A stretch of 64,000 nucleotides of DNA, taken from contig CAMVNV010000002.1 of the NCBI GenBank assembly GCA_947168935.1, forward strand, positions 683 through 64,682. The letters are read 5' to 3'. The position numbers and the translations under genes are program-made. This DNA comes from an uncultured Butyrivibrio sp. Its GTDB lineage: Bacteria > Bacillota > Clostridia > Lachnospirales > Lachnospiraceae. Numbering within the stretch: the stretch's first letter is position 1; each line of letters begins with the position of its first letter. The notes beneath the pieces are model-generated. The model was not told where the DNA came from and did no database searches. It saw only the letters and a program-made list of their open reading frames with translations. Shown here in pieces: positions 1 through 10,302 of this stretch.

Positions 1-721
1 AAAGGTAGCTATGACTCAGGAACTGGGCCTGTTCCTGTTTGGAGTATCCATAATGGTACAGATGGTGCTCCATGTATTATATACAAAGCGCATCCTCGAC
101 AGGAATGCGATAACCAGCAATATCCTGCCACTTGGCATCATGATGTATGTATACCTGTATCTGCTTAACTATTTCTTATATGTAACAGAGATGTATGCTC
201 AGAAGCAGGAAAATGAGTCGCTGACCCACCTTGCATATGCGGATGGTCTTACCAATCTTCCAAACAGATCCATGTGGACCAAGTGCATGAATGAGCTCAA
301 AAAATCTGATGAAGACTACTGCATAATATCTCTTGATCTTAACGGGTTAAAAGACGTTAATGACAGACTGGGACATGCATTTGGCGATGCTTACATAGCA
401 GACTTTGCAACTACTATGACAGAGACATTCCCAAAGGATGCCTTCCTTGCAAGGATAGGCGGCGATGAATTTGTAGCAGTTCTTAAGAATTCAAGGCCAA
501 GAGAAATCGAGAACTACATCTTCGAGCTCTCTGAAAAGCTTAGAGTTCAGGATGTTCTTGATTATGGATTTAGAAAGAGTGTTGCAGCAGGCTATGCTTA
601 TAGATCAGAACTTGGCGATGGAGAAATAAATGACCCTCAGAAAGTATATCTTATTGCAGACAAGCGTATGTATGATATAAAAAGACATATGCATAACAGC
701 AGGAGAATCGGTGAGAGATGA
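1..721 (+). CDS. Membrane-anchored diguanylate cyclase (GGDEF), 5' end probably outside the window
   Basis: TM helices, then AYADGLTNLPNR, SLDLNGLKDVNDRLGHAFGD and ARIGGDEF. The frame is open upstream of ATG 11 to the window edge. Confidence 0.9.
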   Translation, partial: KVAMTQELGLFLFGVSIMVQMVLHVLYTKRILDRNAITSNILPLGIMMYVYLYLLNYFLYVTEMYAQKQENESLTHLAYADGLTNLPNRSMWTKCMNELKKSDEDYCIISLDLNGLKDVNDRLGHAFGDAYIADFATTMTETFPKDAFLARIGGDEFVAVLKNSRPREIENYIFELSEKLRVQDVLDYGFRKSVAAGYAYRSELGDGEINDPQKVYLIADKRMYDIKRHMHNSRRIGER

Positions 722-732
722 AGCTTTTTTAC

Positions 733-761
733 TTGAGATATTTCACTGTAACGTGTATAAT
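733..761 (+). promoter_or_regulatory. Sigma-A promoter upstream of the 79-aa gene
   Basis: TTGAGA-N17-TATAAT. Confidence 0.6.
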
Positions 762-841
762 TTTGTAGCGAATAAAAGCGAATGTCATAAAATGCTTATG
801 ACACCTGATCCCGATAAATTCTAAAGAAAAGAGGTTTTCAT

Positions 842-1081
842 ATGAAGAGAAAATATAACTTATCAAAGGTAGTTACAGAAGAGCAGGCTGCTAAGGCTAT
901 GGATGAGATGCAGAAGATCACAGGTTTTGGCGAAGCTGAGTTTACAGAAGATCGCAAGGGCCTTATCGTAACAGCTGATGATGACAAGATCACACACGTT
1001 ATGAACCGTAGCGTAAACATCTTCGCAAGAGTATGCGATGATACAAAGATCTCTTTTGACTCATTCATCTACGAGGATTAA
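842..1081 (+). CDS. Small hypothetical protein, possibly an HMA/ferredoxin-like fold lacking CxxC
   Basis: GAGG RBS, codon usage typical of highly expressed genes, beta-alpha-beta-beta-alpha-beta-like pattern. Confidence 0.7.
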   Translation: MKRKYNLSKVVTEEQAAKAMDEMQKITGFGEAEFTEDRKGLIVTADDDKITHVMNRSVNIFARVCDDTKISFDSFIYED

Positions 1082-1836
1082 TTAACAGCACCCGGCACAA
1101 AGAGCATAACAAGAGCGTACAGCACAGGCTGGTGCAGCATATAGATAAGAAGCGAATGCTTGCCGATAAATGAAATACCGGGAATACGAATATAGAAGGG
1201 ACGCTTTAAAAGAAGCGTTCCTTTTTTAGGTAATTTTAACAGGCGGCAAAGAGCAAATCCGCACCAGAACAGGAATATCCAGGGCAGGATAGCAAAATAG
1301 TCCGTTGAATAAAAAAGCGGAAATGGAAATCCAACATATGTTGTCAGGTAGTTGGCATATAAGGATTTGGGAAGGTGAATAACATTGGCACCAGGAAAGC
1401 CAATGTAGCCTTCAGAGATATGCCTTGTAATTGTAAATGCAAATGCTGAAAATGGCAGGAGAAAGCCTGGATGCACCTTCTCAAGAACGGGAAGAAGGAG
1501 CCCTGTTATTATCATGGCACTTCCGTGGAAAGTTAATACGCCAAATATAACTATATCTTCCGGAAGGAAAACATAGGTCGCTGCAGTGATAACAAGTCCG
1601 CACATAAAGACTTCCAGGCCGCGGATGATAGGGTGGTTTGAAATAGCAACGCAAAAGCCTGATATAAGTATGAATGACCAGCAGATACTCTGCTGCCAGA
1701 TAAAACCCTTATTTGTGGTATAAAAATCAATCTGGATTCCTGCAATATATACAAGATCCCAGCACAGATGATAGAGTATCATGCTGACGAGAGTTAAACC
1801 CCTGATAGAATCGATAGTGTGTAATCTTTTACCCAT
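1078..1836 (-). CDS. DUF1624 / heparan-alpha-glucosaminide N-acetyltransferase-like membrane protein
   Basis: RLHTIDSIRG...MILYH, FILISG, STDYFAILPW, GKHSLLIYMLHQP. Confidence 0.85.
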   Translation of the reverse strand: MGKRLHTIDSIRGLTLVSMILYHLCWDLVYIAGIQIDFYTTNKGFIWQQSICWSFILISGFCVAISNHPIIRGLEVFMCGLVITAATYVFLPEDIVIFGVLTFHGSAMIITGLLLPVLEKVHPGFLLPFSAFAFTITRHISEGYIGFPGANVIHLPKSLYANYLTTYVGFPFPLFYSTDYFAILPWIFLFWCGFALCRLLKLPKKGTLLLKRPFYIRIPGISFIGKHSLLIYMLHQPVLYALVMLFVPGAVN

Positions 1837-1936
1837 AGATACATATTAACTCAACTTGACTTAAAAAGCTAAAGAAAACTACAATAATAGAGAGATTATT
1901 AATATTTTTAATATACAATCTGCAAGCAGGTTAAAT

Positions 1937-2371
1937 ATGAATACTACTAAAATAGAAACTAATTCCTCACAGGAAACATTTGAATTTGGAAAAAGAATAG
2001 GAGAAAACGCCCAGCCAGGTCAGGTATATACACTGATCGGTGACCTTGGTGTTGGAAAGACTGTTTTTACCCAGGGCGTAGCCAAGGGACTTGGAATAGA
2101 AGGCCCTGTTAACAGTCCGACCTTTACTATACTTCAGGTATATGAAGAAGGAAGGATTCCCTTCTATCATTTTGATGTATACAGGATTGGCGATATCTCT
2201 GAGATGGATGAGATCGGATACGAAGACTGCTTCTATGGAAACGGCATAAGCCTTGTTGAATGGGCTAACCTCGTAGAAGAGATCCTCCCTGAGCACTATA
2301 CAGAGATACGTATAGAAAAAGACCTGTCTAAAGGCCTTGATTACAGACTTATCAGCATGACACAGTTTTGA
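1937..2371 (+). CDS. tsaE: tRNA threonylcarbamoyladenosine biosynthesis ATPase TsaE
   Basis: GDLGVGKT P-loop, SPTF, YHFDVYR, VEW. Confidence 0.97.
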   Translation: MNTTKIETNSSQETFEFGKRIGENAQPGQVYTLIGDLGVGKTVFTQGVAKGLGIEGPVNSPTFTILQVYEEGRIPFYHFDVYRIGDISEMDEIGYEDCFYGNGISLVEWANLVEEILPEHYTEIRIEKDLSKGLDYRLISMTQF

Positions 2372-2501
2372 TAACTATAGATCACGCAATTCAGCTGACG
2401 AATAAGATATAATGAATCCTTGATTAAGGATTGGACTATAACGAATTATTATTAAGTAAGAATTATCATTAAGAAAGAATTTCCATTGAAAGGACCACGC
2501 C

Positions 2502-3776
2502 TTGAAGATTTTAGCTATAGATACTTCGGGACTGACAGCAACGGTCGCAGTATGCGAAGATGACCGCCTTGTTGCCACGTTTTCGATCCAGTACAAAACA
2601 ACACATTCCCAGATTCTCATGCCGATGCTCGAGAAGATCAAAGAGCTAACGAATCTGGATCTTAAGAGTATAGATGCCATTGCTCTTGCAGCAGGCCCAG
2701 GCTCTTTTACCGGACTTCGTATTGGAACAGCAACAGCCAAGGGACTGTGCCTTGCACTGAATGTCCCGCTTATCGCAGTTCCAACTATGGACGCCATGGC
2801 CTACAACCTTTATGGAGTTGAGCGTCTTATCTGCCCTATGATGGATGCAAGAAGATCTCAGGTCTACACAGGAGTTTACACATTCGTCCCTGAAAAGAGT
2901 GAAGACACTTCTTTATATAAATATGTAATGAAGACAGTTCTGGACCAGAAGTGTGCTTCAATTGACGAGATCGCAGAATACCTTAACGAGCAGGGTAAGC
3001 CTGTCACAATACTTGGAGACGGCGTACCTGTATATCTTGATGCTTTGGAAAAAAAGCTTAAAGTTCCATTTAGCGTAGCATCCGTATCACAGGATCGTCA
3101 GAATGCAGCAGCACTTTGCGCTGTAGCTGCTCAGTATATGCGCGAAGGAAAGATAACAGAAGCCGACTCTTTTGCCCCGGAATATTTAAGACCTTCTCAG
3201 GCAGAAAGAACTGCTAAGGAAAATCAAAAAGATACAGTAGCCGCTGCTTCAGGCAATGGAAATAGTTCTGAAAACTCTCAGGGAGCTTTAGAAAAAACTT
3301 TTGGAATGAAGATCCCTAAGGTCAAAGAGCGCGTCTTTATAAGGCTTATGAAGGCTGAAGATATTGACGTGGCAGCAGCCCAGGAAAAAGAAAACCTTGG
3401 TAAGGAAGCATGGACTCTTGACCAGCTCCTTACAGCAAGCACAAGAGATGACACTATATATCTTGTAGCAGAAAAGTCCGGTAAAGTCATAGGACTTTGC
3501 GGAGTACAGAACATTCAGGGCGACGGTGAGATAACCAATGTATCTGTAGCTAAAGACATGCGCGGTGAAGGCGTAGGCTACAAGATGATGCGCCAGCTCC
3601 TTGAAAGAGGACGTGGTATTGGAATAGAGAACTATACAATGGAAGTTCGCTCACAGAATGCCGCTGCAAGAAGACTTTATGAAAAGCTCGGCTTTAAGTC
3701 AGATGGAAAGCGCCCCGGATTTTATGATAATCCCAAGGACGATGCTGAGATCTACTGGCTTCGCAAACAGCAGTAA
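2502..3776 (+). CDS. tsaB: TsaB fused to a C-terminal RimI-type GNAT acetyltransferase
   Basis: ILAIDTS, GPGSFTGLRIG, DARR, PEYLR; then a linker and ITNVSV..RGEGVG, LEVR-like MEVR, LYEKLGF..G.RP.FY..P..DA. TTG start after AAGGA. Confidence 0.93.
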   Translation: MKILAIDTSGLTATVAVCEDDRLVATFSIQYKTTHSQILMPMLEKIKELTNLDLKSIDAIALAAGPGSFTGLRIGTATAKGLCLALNVPLIAVPTMDAMAYNLYGVERLICPMMDARRSQVYTGVYTFVPEKSEDTSLYKYVMKTVLDQKCASIDEIAEYLNEQGKPVTILGDGVPVYLDALEKKLKVPFSVASVSQDRQNAAALCAVAAQYMREGKITEADSFAPEYLRPSQAERTAKENQKDTVAAASGNGNSSENSQGALEKTFGMKIPKVKERVFIRLMKAEDIDVAAAQEKENLGKEAWTLDQLLTASTRDDTIYLVAEKSGKVIGLCGVQNIQGDGEITNVSVAKDMRGEGVGYKMMRQLLERGRGIGIENYTMEVRSQNAAARRLYEKLGFKSDGKRPGFYDNPKDDAEIYWLRKQQ

Positions 3777-3873
3777 GACTTGGATAGGACTACTGGAATA
3801 ATATTAAAGTCTATAAGTGATAAATGGAATTTTGATTTAGCAACAATATAAGAAAGAAAATAAGGAATTAGTT

Positions 3874-4797
3874 ATGATCGATGTATGTCTCCTTGGAACT
3901 GGCGGTATGATGCCACTTCCATACAGATATCTGACGTCCCTCATGGTGCGTTATAACGGATACAGTATACTCGTTGACTGCGGCGAAGGAACACAGATGG
4001 CCCTTCGTAAAGTTGGCTGGAGTCCCAATCCCATCAGTATGATATGCTTCACTCATTATCATGCTGACCACATATCAGGACTTCCCGGAATGCTCCTTAC
4101 AATGGGCAACGCAGAGCGCAAAGAGCCCCTCATAATGGCTGGACCAAAGGGACTTGAAAAAGTTGTTAACGCATTAAGAGTAATAGCTCCAGAACTCCCA
4201 TTTCCGATTATATTCCACGAATTTTCAAGCGCGGAAGAAAAGCTTACTCTTGAAGGAATGCCGGATTTTGAAGTTACAGCATTTAAAGTTAATCACAACG
4301 TCATGTGCTATGGCTATGATTTCAGACTCTCAAGAAAAGGCCGCTTTAATGTAGAAAACGCCAATGCTCTTGAGATTCCAAGAAACTATTGGAGCAGACT
4401 TCAAAACGGTGAAACAATAACTCATGAAGACGGAAGGATCTTTTCCCCGGATATGGTCATGGGACAGGCAAGGACAGGAATCCACTTTACTTACGTAACT
4501 GACTCCAGACCTACAGATAGCATTGTAAGACATGCCCAGGACGCTGACCTCTTTATATGCGAGGGTATGTACGGCGAGCCTGATAAGCTTCAAAAGGCAA
4601 GGGAAAAGAAACACATGACTTTCTACGAAGCTGCAGATATGGCTAAAAAAGCTGAAGTTAAAGAAATGTGGCTGACCCACTATAGTCCTTCTCTGAATAG
4701 TCCGAAAGATTATTTGCATGATACCAAAAAGATATTCAAAAACACAGTTGCTGCTAAAGATGGAAGAATGGTAACTCTTGTTTTCCCGGAGGGATGA
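3874..4797 (+). CDS. rnz: Ribonuclease Z
   Basis: LGTGGMMP, DCGEGTQ, HYHADH MBL motif, exosite, CEGMY, THYSP. Confidence 0.95.
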   Translation: MIDVCLLGTGGMMPLPYRYLTSLMVRYNGYSILVDCGEGTQMALRKVGWSPNPISMICFTHYHADHISGLPGMLLTMGNAERKEPLIMAGPKGLEKVVNALRVIAPELPFPIIFHEFSSAEEKLTLEGMPDFEVTAFKVNHNVMCYGYDFRLSRKGRFNVENANALEIPRNYWSRLQNGETITHEDGRIFSPDMVMGQARTGIHFTYVTDSRPTDSIVRHAQDADLFICEGMYGEPDKLQKAREKKHMTFYEAADMAKKAEVKEMWLTHYSPSLNSPKDYLHDTKKIFKNTVAAKDGRMVTLVFPEG

Positions 4798-4800
4798 TCT

Positions 4801-5862
4801 ATGGCTAAGAAGGGTAAAGGTTTTTGGAATAATCGTATCGTTCAAGGTTTAATTATGCTCCTTTTGGGAGTTGCGGTTGCGTGGGCTATACTTACAAGGT
4901 TTACCTCTGTTCTCACTACAAGGCCGGAAGAAAAAGTCGGCACCCTTAGTGAGGTTCAGACTCTTGCAACTATGAATCTCGATAATTCCTACCCCGGCAC
5001 CGTTGACGGTGTTGTGACCCTTTTTGCAAGGATTACCAAAGCTATATATAACGAAGAATATAGTGATAAAGAGCTTGAAAAGCTCTGTACTAAAAGATAT
5101 CAGCTTATGGATGCTGAGCTTCAGGATGCCCAAGGCTCTATGGACAACTATCTTGCATCCATGAAGGCGGAAGCCAAGAACAAGAAAGATAAGAATATCA
5201 CTATCTCCAACTATTTTGTTGATGACTTTAATGCAAGTACTGATATCTACACAATAGACGGTGACTCTCGCCAGTATGCCAAGGTTAACTGCCAGTTCGT
5301 AATGAGAGAAGAGAGTAAGGCTGAGACCTACAATTATCTTTTTACAATGAGAAAAGATACTGAGTCTGGCAAGAACTGGAAGATCCTTGGATGGGAGATC
5401 ACGCTGGAAGATGAAGCTACAGATCCCGTAACAGCTATATGTCAAAGAAATTTGGATAATGATTATCCGAAGAATCCTGAAGACGTAGTTGAATACTTTG
5501 CATACATTACAACAGCGCTCTATAATGAGAGCTACAGCGAAGCTGAATTTTCCAAGATGAGCGCAGCAAGGGCATATCTATATGATGATGAGCTTCTGGC
5601 TAATCAGACGGACGTTGATGCCCAGCTTAAATCAGAAGTTCTTGCCAAGAAGGATGCGGGAGTTGTTGTAGCAGCCTTTGTAGTTGATGATGCAGATGAC
5701 TTTAAATACAAATACATCATGGATGATTACTGCGCATCCGGTAACTGCATGTTCTCTATGAGAGGAACAAGCGAAAGACAGATACTGACATATCAGTTTA
5801 TTTTAACTAAAGATTCCCAGGGCAGATGGAAGATCCACGGCTGGGAAATTGTTGAGGAATAG
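4801..5862 (+). CDS. Membrane-anchored protein with two tandem copies of a DUF6715-like domain
   Basis: One N-terminal TM; two repeats NLDNxYP...YNExYS...DxEL...WKIxGWEI. Confidence 0.7.
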   Translation: MAKKGKGFWNNRIVQGLIMLLLGVAVAWAILTRFTSVLTTRPEEKVGTLSEVQTLATMNLDNSYPGTVDGVVTLFARITKAIYNEEYSDKELEKLCTKRYQLMDAELQDAQGSMDNYLASMKAEAKNKKDKNITISNYFVDDFNASTDIYTIDGDSRQYAKVNCQFVMREESKAETYNYLFTMRKDTESGKNWKILGWEITLEDEATDPVTAICQRNLDNDYPKNPEDVVEYFAYITTALYNESYSEAEFSKMSAARAYLYDDELLANQTDVDAQLKSEVLAKKDAGVVVAAFVVDDADDFKYKYIMDDYCASGNCMFSMRGTSERQILTYQFILTKDSQGRWKIHGWEIVEE

Positions 5863-5867
5863 ATGTA

Positions 5868-7019
5868 ATGATCATTGATAAGAAAACAGAAGATGACGGC
5901 GTCATAATGATGTCAATTAAGAGCGGGGAAAAAGAGACTGCTCCTGATAAAGAAAAAGAAGCAAGTGGCAAAGACCATGTCACTATCCTTGCCATAGAAA
6001 GTAGCTGCGACGAAACAGCTGCTGCCGTAGTTAGAGACGGAAGAGAAGTTCTTTCAAACATTATCTCTTCACAGATAGCACTTCATACAGTATACGGCGG
6101 AGTAGTGCCGGAGATCGCATCAAGAAAGCATGTAGAAAAAGTTAATTACTGCGTACGCGAGGCTCTGTCTCAGGCAAACCTCAAGCTTGAAGACATAGAT
6201 GCCATAGCAGTAACTTATGGCCCAGGCCTTGTAGGAGCACTTCTTGTAGGTGTATCCGAAGCTAAGGCTCTTAGCTTTGCTACAGGTATTCCCCTTGTAG
6301 GAGTTCATCATATAGAAGGTCATATTAGTGCCAACTATATCGAAAATAAAGATCTTAAGCCTCCTTTTGTATGTCTTGTAGTATCAGGAGGACATTCTCA
6401 TCTTGTTGTTGTTAAAGACTATGGCGAATATGAGATCATAGGTCAGACAAGAGACGATGCAGCAGGAGAAGCCTTTGACAAGGTTGCAAGAGCAATAGGC
6501 CTTGGATATCCCGGCGGACCTAAGATTGATAAGGCGGCAAAAGAGGGTAATCCTGACGCAATATCTTTTCCTGCAGCAAAGATTGCAAATGCTGAATATG
6601 ACTTTAGTTTCAGTGGCCTTAAATCAGCTGTACTTAATTATATAAATATACAGAGAATGCAGGGGGATGACTTTAATAAAAACGACCTTGCTGCATCCTT
6701 CCAGAAAGCTGTTGTAGACGTACTTACAGAGCACGCCATAAGAGCCGTTAAGGAATATGGCTATGATAAACTTGCGATCGCAGGAGGAGTTGCTTCTAAC
6801 ACAGCTCTTAGACAGAGCCTGGAAAAAGCATGCAAGGACAATAACATAAGCTTTTATAGTCCATCACCTGTTCTTTGCACAGATAATGCGGCAATGATCG
6901 GGGCAGCAGGATATTATGAGTATATGAAAGGTGTAAGAGCAGACCTTACACTTAATGCAGTTCCAAACCTTCCGCTTGGAGACAGGGAACGCAGATTCCA
7001 TGGGAGACAATCATTATGA
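5868..7019 (+). CDS. tsaD: tRNA N6-adenosine threonylcarbamoyltransferase TsaD
   Basis: [48 protein letters not shown]. Confidence 0.97.
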   Translation: MIIDKKTEDDGVIMMSIKSGEKETAPDKEKEASGKDHVTILAIESSCDETAAAVVRDGREVLSNIISSQIALHTVYGGVVPEIASRKHVEKVNYCVREALSQANLKLEDIDAIAVTYGPGLVGALLVGVSEAKALSFATGIPLVGVHHIEGHISANYIENKDLKPPFVCLVVSGGHSHLVVVKDYGEYEIIGQTRDDAAGEAFDKVARAIGLGYPGGPKIDKAAKEGNPDAISFPAAKIANAEYDFSFSGLKSAVLNYINIQRMQGDDFNKNDLAASFQKAVVDVLTEHAIRAVKEYGYDKLAIAGGVASNTALRQSLEKACKDNNISFYSPSPVLCTDNAAMIGAAGYYEYMKGVRADLTLNAVPNLPLGDRERRFHGRQSL

Positions 7020-7717
7020 AGACAGCAGCGATCGTTCTTGCAGCCGGAAGCGGCAGCAGAATGCGTAGTAATATCAAAAAGCAGTATATGGAAATAAATG
7101 AAAAGCCTCTTATCTATTATGCACTTAAGGCTTTTGAAGATAGCTTTACAGACGAAGTTGTTCTTGTTGTATCACCTGGAGACATAGATTATTGCAAGGC
7201 TGAGATAGTTGATAAATATGGCTTTACCAAAGTTAAAAGAATAGTTGAAGGCGGAGCTGAGCGCTACGACTCAGTAAGACTTGGCCTTCATGCTATATCT
7301 GAAGATACTGATTATGTAATGATCCATGACGGCGCTAGACCCTTTGTAACAGAAGATATAATGCAAAGATCTGTAGACGCAGCAAGAGACTTTAGAGCCT
7401 GCGTTGTAGGAATGCCTGTTAAGGATACAATAAAAGTTTCTGATGAAAACGGATTTGCCAAGGCTACACCAGATAGAAAGACTCTCTGGATGATCCAGAC
7501 ACCACAGACCTTCGAGTACAACCTTATAAGAAAGCTTTATGATAAGCTCGAAGAGGATAAAGAAGAGATCAAAGCAAAAGGCATCAACATTACTGATGAT
7601 GCCATGGTGGTTGAGACTTTTTCAGATGTTAAGGTTAAGCTTGTAGAAGGATCTTATAACAATATCAAGGTTACTACACCTGAAGACATTGGAGTTGCGC
7701 AGGCAATTCTAGGATAA
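7016..7717 (+). CDS. ispD: 2-C-methyl-D-erythritol 4-phosphate cytidylyltransferase (IspD/TarI family)
   Basis: [44 protein letters not shown]. Confidence 0.92.
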   Translation: MKTAAIVLAAGSGSRMRSNIKKQYMEINEKPLIYYALKAFEDSFTDEVVLVVSPGDIDYCKAEIVDKYGFTKVKRIVEGGAERYDSVRLGLHAISEDTDYVMIHDGARPFVTEDIMQRSVDAARDFRACVVGMPVKDTIKVSDENGFAKATPDRKTLWMIQTPQTFEYNLIRKLYDKLEEDKEEIKAKGINITDDAMVVETFSDVKVKLVEGSYNNIKVTTPEDIGVAQAILG

Positions 7718-7739
7718 AATAATAATAGAGAATAGTTCT

Positions 7740-7778
7740 GGTCGAAGTACTTAATCATAAGTATTTCGACCTGTTTTT
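7740..7778. terminator. Intrinsic terminator between convergent ispD and licD
   Basis: GGTCGAAGTACTTA-ATCA-TAAGTATTTCGACC followed by TGTTTTT. Confidence 0.7.
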
Positions 7779-7779
7779 A

Positions 7780-8754
7780 TTAAAGATATCTGTTCATTTC
7801 TTCCTGAAGCCCACACTTTACAATAGGCTCATCTGTTCCATTTTCCCTACAATAATCATCAATCATCTTAAGCTCAGACTTATAATAAGGATAGTTGTGA
7901 GCCCCCCGCTCTTTTCTTGGAACAATATAGTTACTTCCAAATCGGTGTGTAAGAAAGAGGTCATACCTTTCCGGGATCAATATAGTCCCTGTTTCAAATG
8001 GAACCCTTATCATATGCTCGAATGCTTCCTTAGGAAAATGCTGGCCTGCGTCGTGATACATCATATGGTTGTACATGCCAAGATCGTCAGCTTCTTCAGG
8101 GAATGTTGACTGGGCAGCAACTTCGTACAGCTCCTGCAGCTGCCAGACGATAGACTTATCAGAAGTTGGATCAAGGCGGTGTCCAAGGAAGTTCTGGACG
8201 TTAACTATCTTCTGGGCAAGAGATGGGTCCGACGGGTCCTTGATTATAAGATCAGCAGCATCCAATGTTATCTGCAGTATCTGGCATATGGAATTGTAGA
8301 TTTCTTTATCCCGAGGGATATAATCAAATACAAAAATATCAACACCCGCCATCATGGGAAAACCATAGTTATTAGCAAGGTAATCATCAGTCCAGCGAAT
8401 GTGATCTGTGTTAGCGATGCGATAAAAACCTGAAAATGGAAAATTAGATGAGTCCTTGCCAATTAGATGTAAAGTGTCCGGAAGCTCATCTATATGTTCC
8501 ACAAGACCATTAAAATCATCCCTTGTCATAGCGATATCAACATCGTCATCCCACGGGATCATTCCATGAGAGCGCACTGCCCCGAGAAGTGTCCCCCAAT
8601 AGGCAAAGTACTTAAGGCCATACCGCTCGCACAGGTCGTCGATAGCGCCAACAACCCGCAGCTGGCATGCCCAGCACCTCTTCATGGTGGAGGTTATTGT
8701 AAAACCATGTCTGATTTCTTCTTTGAAATAATCATCTGTAAAGACAAAAGACAT
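7780..8754 (-). CDS. licD: LicD-family phosphotransferase (fukutin/FKRP-related NTase fold)
   Basis: GTLLGAVRSHGMIPWDDDVDI, VDIFVFD, VPFE. Confidence 0.9.
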   Translation of the reverse strand: MSFVFTDDYFKEEIRHGFTITSTMKRCWACQLRVVGAIDDLCERYGLKYFAYWGTLLGAVRSHGMIPWDDDVDIAMTRDDFNGLVEHIDELPDTLHLIGKDSSNFPFSGFYRIANTDHIRWTDDYLANNYGFPMMAGVDIFVFDYIPRDKEIYNSICQILQITLDAADLIIKDPSDPSLAQKIVNVQNFLGHRLDPTSDKSIVWQLQELYEVAAQSTFPEEADDLGMYNHMMYHDAGQHFPKEAFEHMIRVPFETGTILIPERYDLFLTHRFGSNYIVPRKERGAHNYPYYKSELKMIDDYCRENGTDEPIVKCGLQEEMNRYL

Positions 8755-8771
8755 ATCTTCTCCGTTAATAT

Positions 8772-10178
8772 CTATGCATCCACCAGACTCATGATCTCAT
8801 CTTGTTTATCAGCAGATTTGCCTGGATTGGCCGTATCTTCTTTTATCAATTCAGTCATAGCATTCTCACTATGCTTAAAGAGAATTGATAATAGATCCGA
8901 ACGCTGTTTGGAAGTGAGCGTAAGGTCAAGATCTGTGACTATACTAATTCCATTGATAATATCGTAAAGATTGTGGGCTTTATTTAGCGTTCCGCTCTTT
9001 TCAATAAGACTTTGCGGGATAAGAGAGCATGCTATTCCAAGATCAAGCCCCTTTAAAAGAATAGCTGTTGTCGGAATCTCAGAGTACATATGCTTATAAA
9101 AAGAGCTCATGCTTTTTATAAGAACCGGTAATCTGAAGACTTTATCCGACAGGTATAAAAGGCTGTCGCTAATATGCTCATCCCTTTCAACAGACATTGA
9201 AGTAAAGAATCTTATGAAGTGCTTTAGAGAATAGAATGTTTGCATAGGAAGGAGCTTTAAGTTCTCATAGTTTATTTTTTCAGGGAAATATAAAACTCCG
9301 CTGTCAGGGAATGAAAAGGCAGCTTTGTATATTGTCTCAACTGCATCTTTTTTTATGATATCCTGGTCAGTTATAAGCCAGACAAGATTAGTTGTAACAT
9401 GAGATAAGGCAAGGCCATAACATGAATCGTCTTGAATTACTATATCAAAGTCAGTGCAGGTCTGCTTTTCAAGACTTTTAAGGACCTGTTTCAAATGGCT
9501 TGCATCACCATTTGTTGGAATAACTACGCTAAGTCGCTCACTTTTAATCTTACGACCAAGCTTTCTGAAAAGACATTCGTCGTGTCTCAGGTTCTTAAGA
9601 GAATCGGATTTATCTACCGAATAACTTTTTCCCCTAAAGAAAAAACACTTTCTGCTGGTAACGCAGGTATAGCCAAAACGCTGAATGGAAAGGGCAAGAT
9701 CAGCTCCCTGATACAATCCTGAGCGAAGCTTTGTGCATACACCTGTAGCAGTTCCAAAAAGCTTTTTACGGATAGAACCTCTTATAAGAACGCAGTAATC
9801 ATGGAAAAAACGTTCGTCTATAAGTTCATCTTTTTTGGAAAATTCAAGGAAGCCTGTGTATTCTGCGCACTCTGCAAAAAGCTTGTTTGAAGGCGCACAT
9901 TCAAGTGACCTCATTACATAGTTGGTCTGAGGCTGTACTGCACCTATAAAATAGGATGAATAGAGAGTTTCCTGAAGCCTTATGAGATTTGAAGGTTCAA
10001 GAATAATATCAGGATCAACCATAAGAAGATCATTATCAGGATGGGTGTCGTCTTCAAGATTATCTATAACATCAGTGATCCTTGGAAGATCACAAATAAG
10101 ACGAAGTGATGCTTTGTATTTCTGAATATCTAATGTCTTACTACCTGGCCACTTTAGAAGAATTGAGATCCCATTCAT
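8772..10178 (-). CDS. Divergent glycosyltransferase with two GT2-like domains
   Basis: DPDIIL...IGAVQP and SVVIPT...LKSLEKQT..DFDIVIQDD. Start reassigned to ATG 10178 behind GGGGAG. Confidence 0.65.
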   Translation of the reverse strand: MNGISILLKWPGSKTLDIQKYKASLRLICDLPRITDVIDNLEDDTHPDNDLLMVDPDIILEPSNLIRLQETLYSSYFIGAVQPQTNYVMRSLECAPSNKLFAECAEYTGFLEFSKKDELIDERFFHDYCVLIRGSIRKKLFGTATGVCTKLRSGLYQGADLALSIQRFGYTCVTSRKCFFFRGKSYSVDKSDSLKNLRHDECLFRKLGRKIKSERLSVVIPTNGDASHLKQVLKSLEKQTCTDFDIVIQDDSCYGLALSHVTTNLVWLITDQDIIKKDAVETIYKAAFSFPDSGVLYFPEKINYENLKLLPMQTFYSLKHFIRFFTSMSVERDEHISDSLLYLSDKVFRLPVLIKSMSSFYKHMYSEIPTTAILLKGLDLGIACSLIPQSLIEKSGTLNKAHNLYDIINGISIVTDLDLTLTSKQRSDLLSILFKHSENAMTELIKEDTANPGKSADKQDEIMSLVDA

Positions 10179-10302
10179 AAGCGCTCCCCCCATATTTAGA
10201 ACATTAAATAGTACTCGAAATATACAGTAATATTTTATCATATATTCGATTGTAGCGGGGCGGAGTTTGGATAAGTTATGTTTGTATATTGCATAATTGG
10301 TC

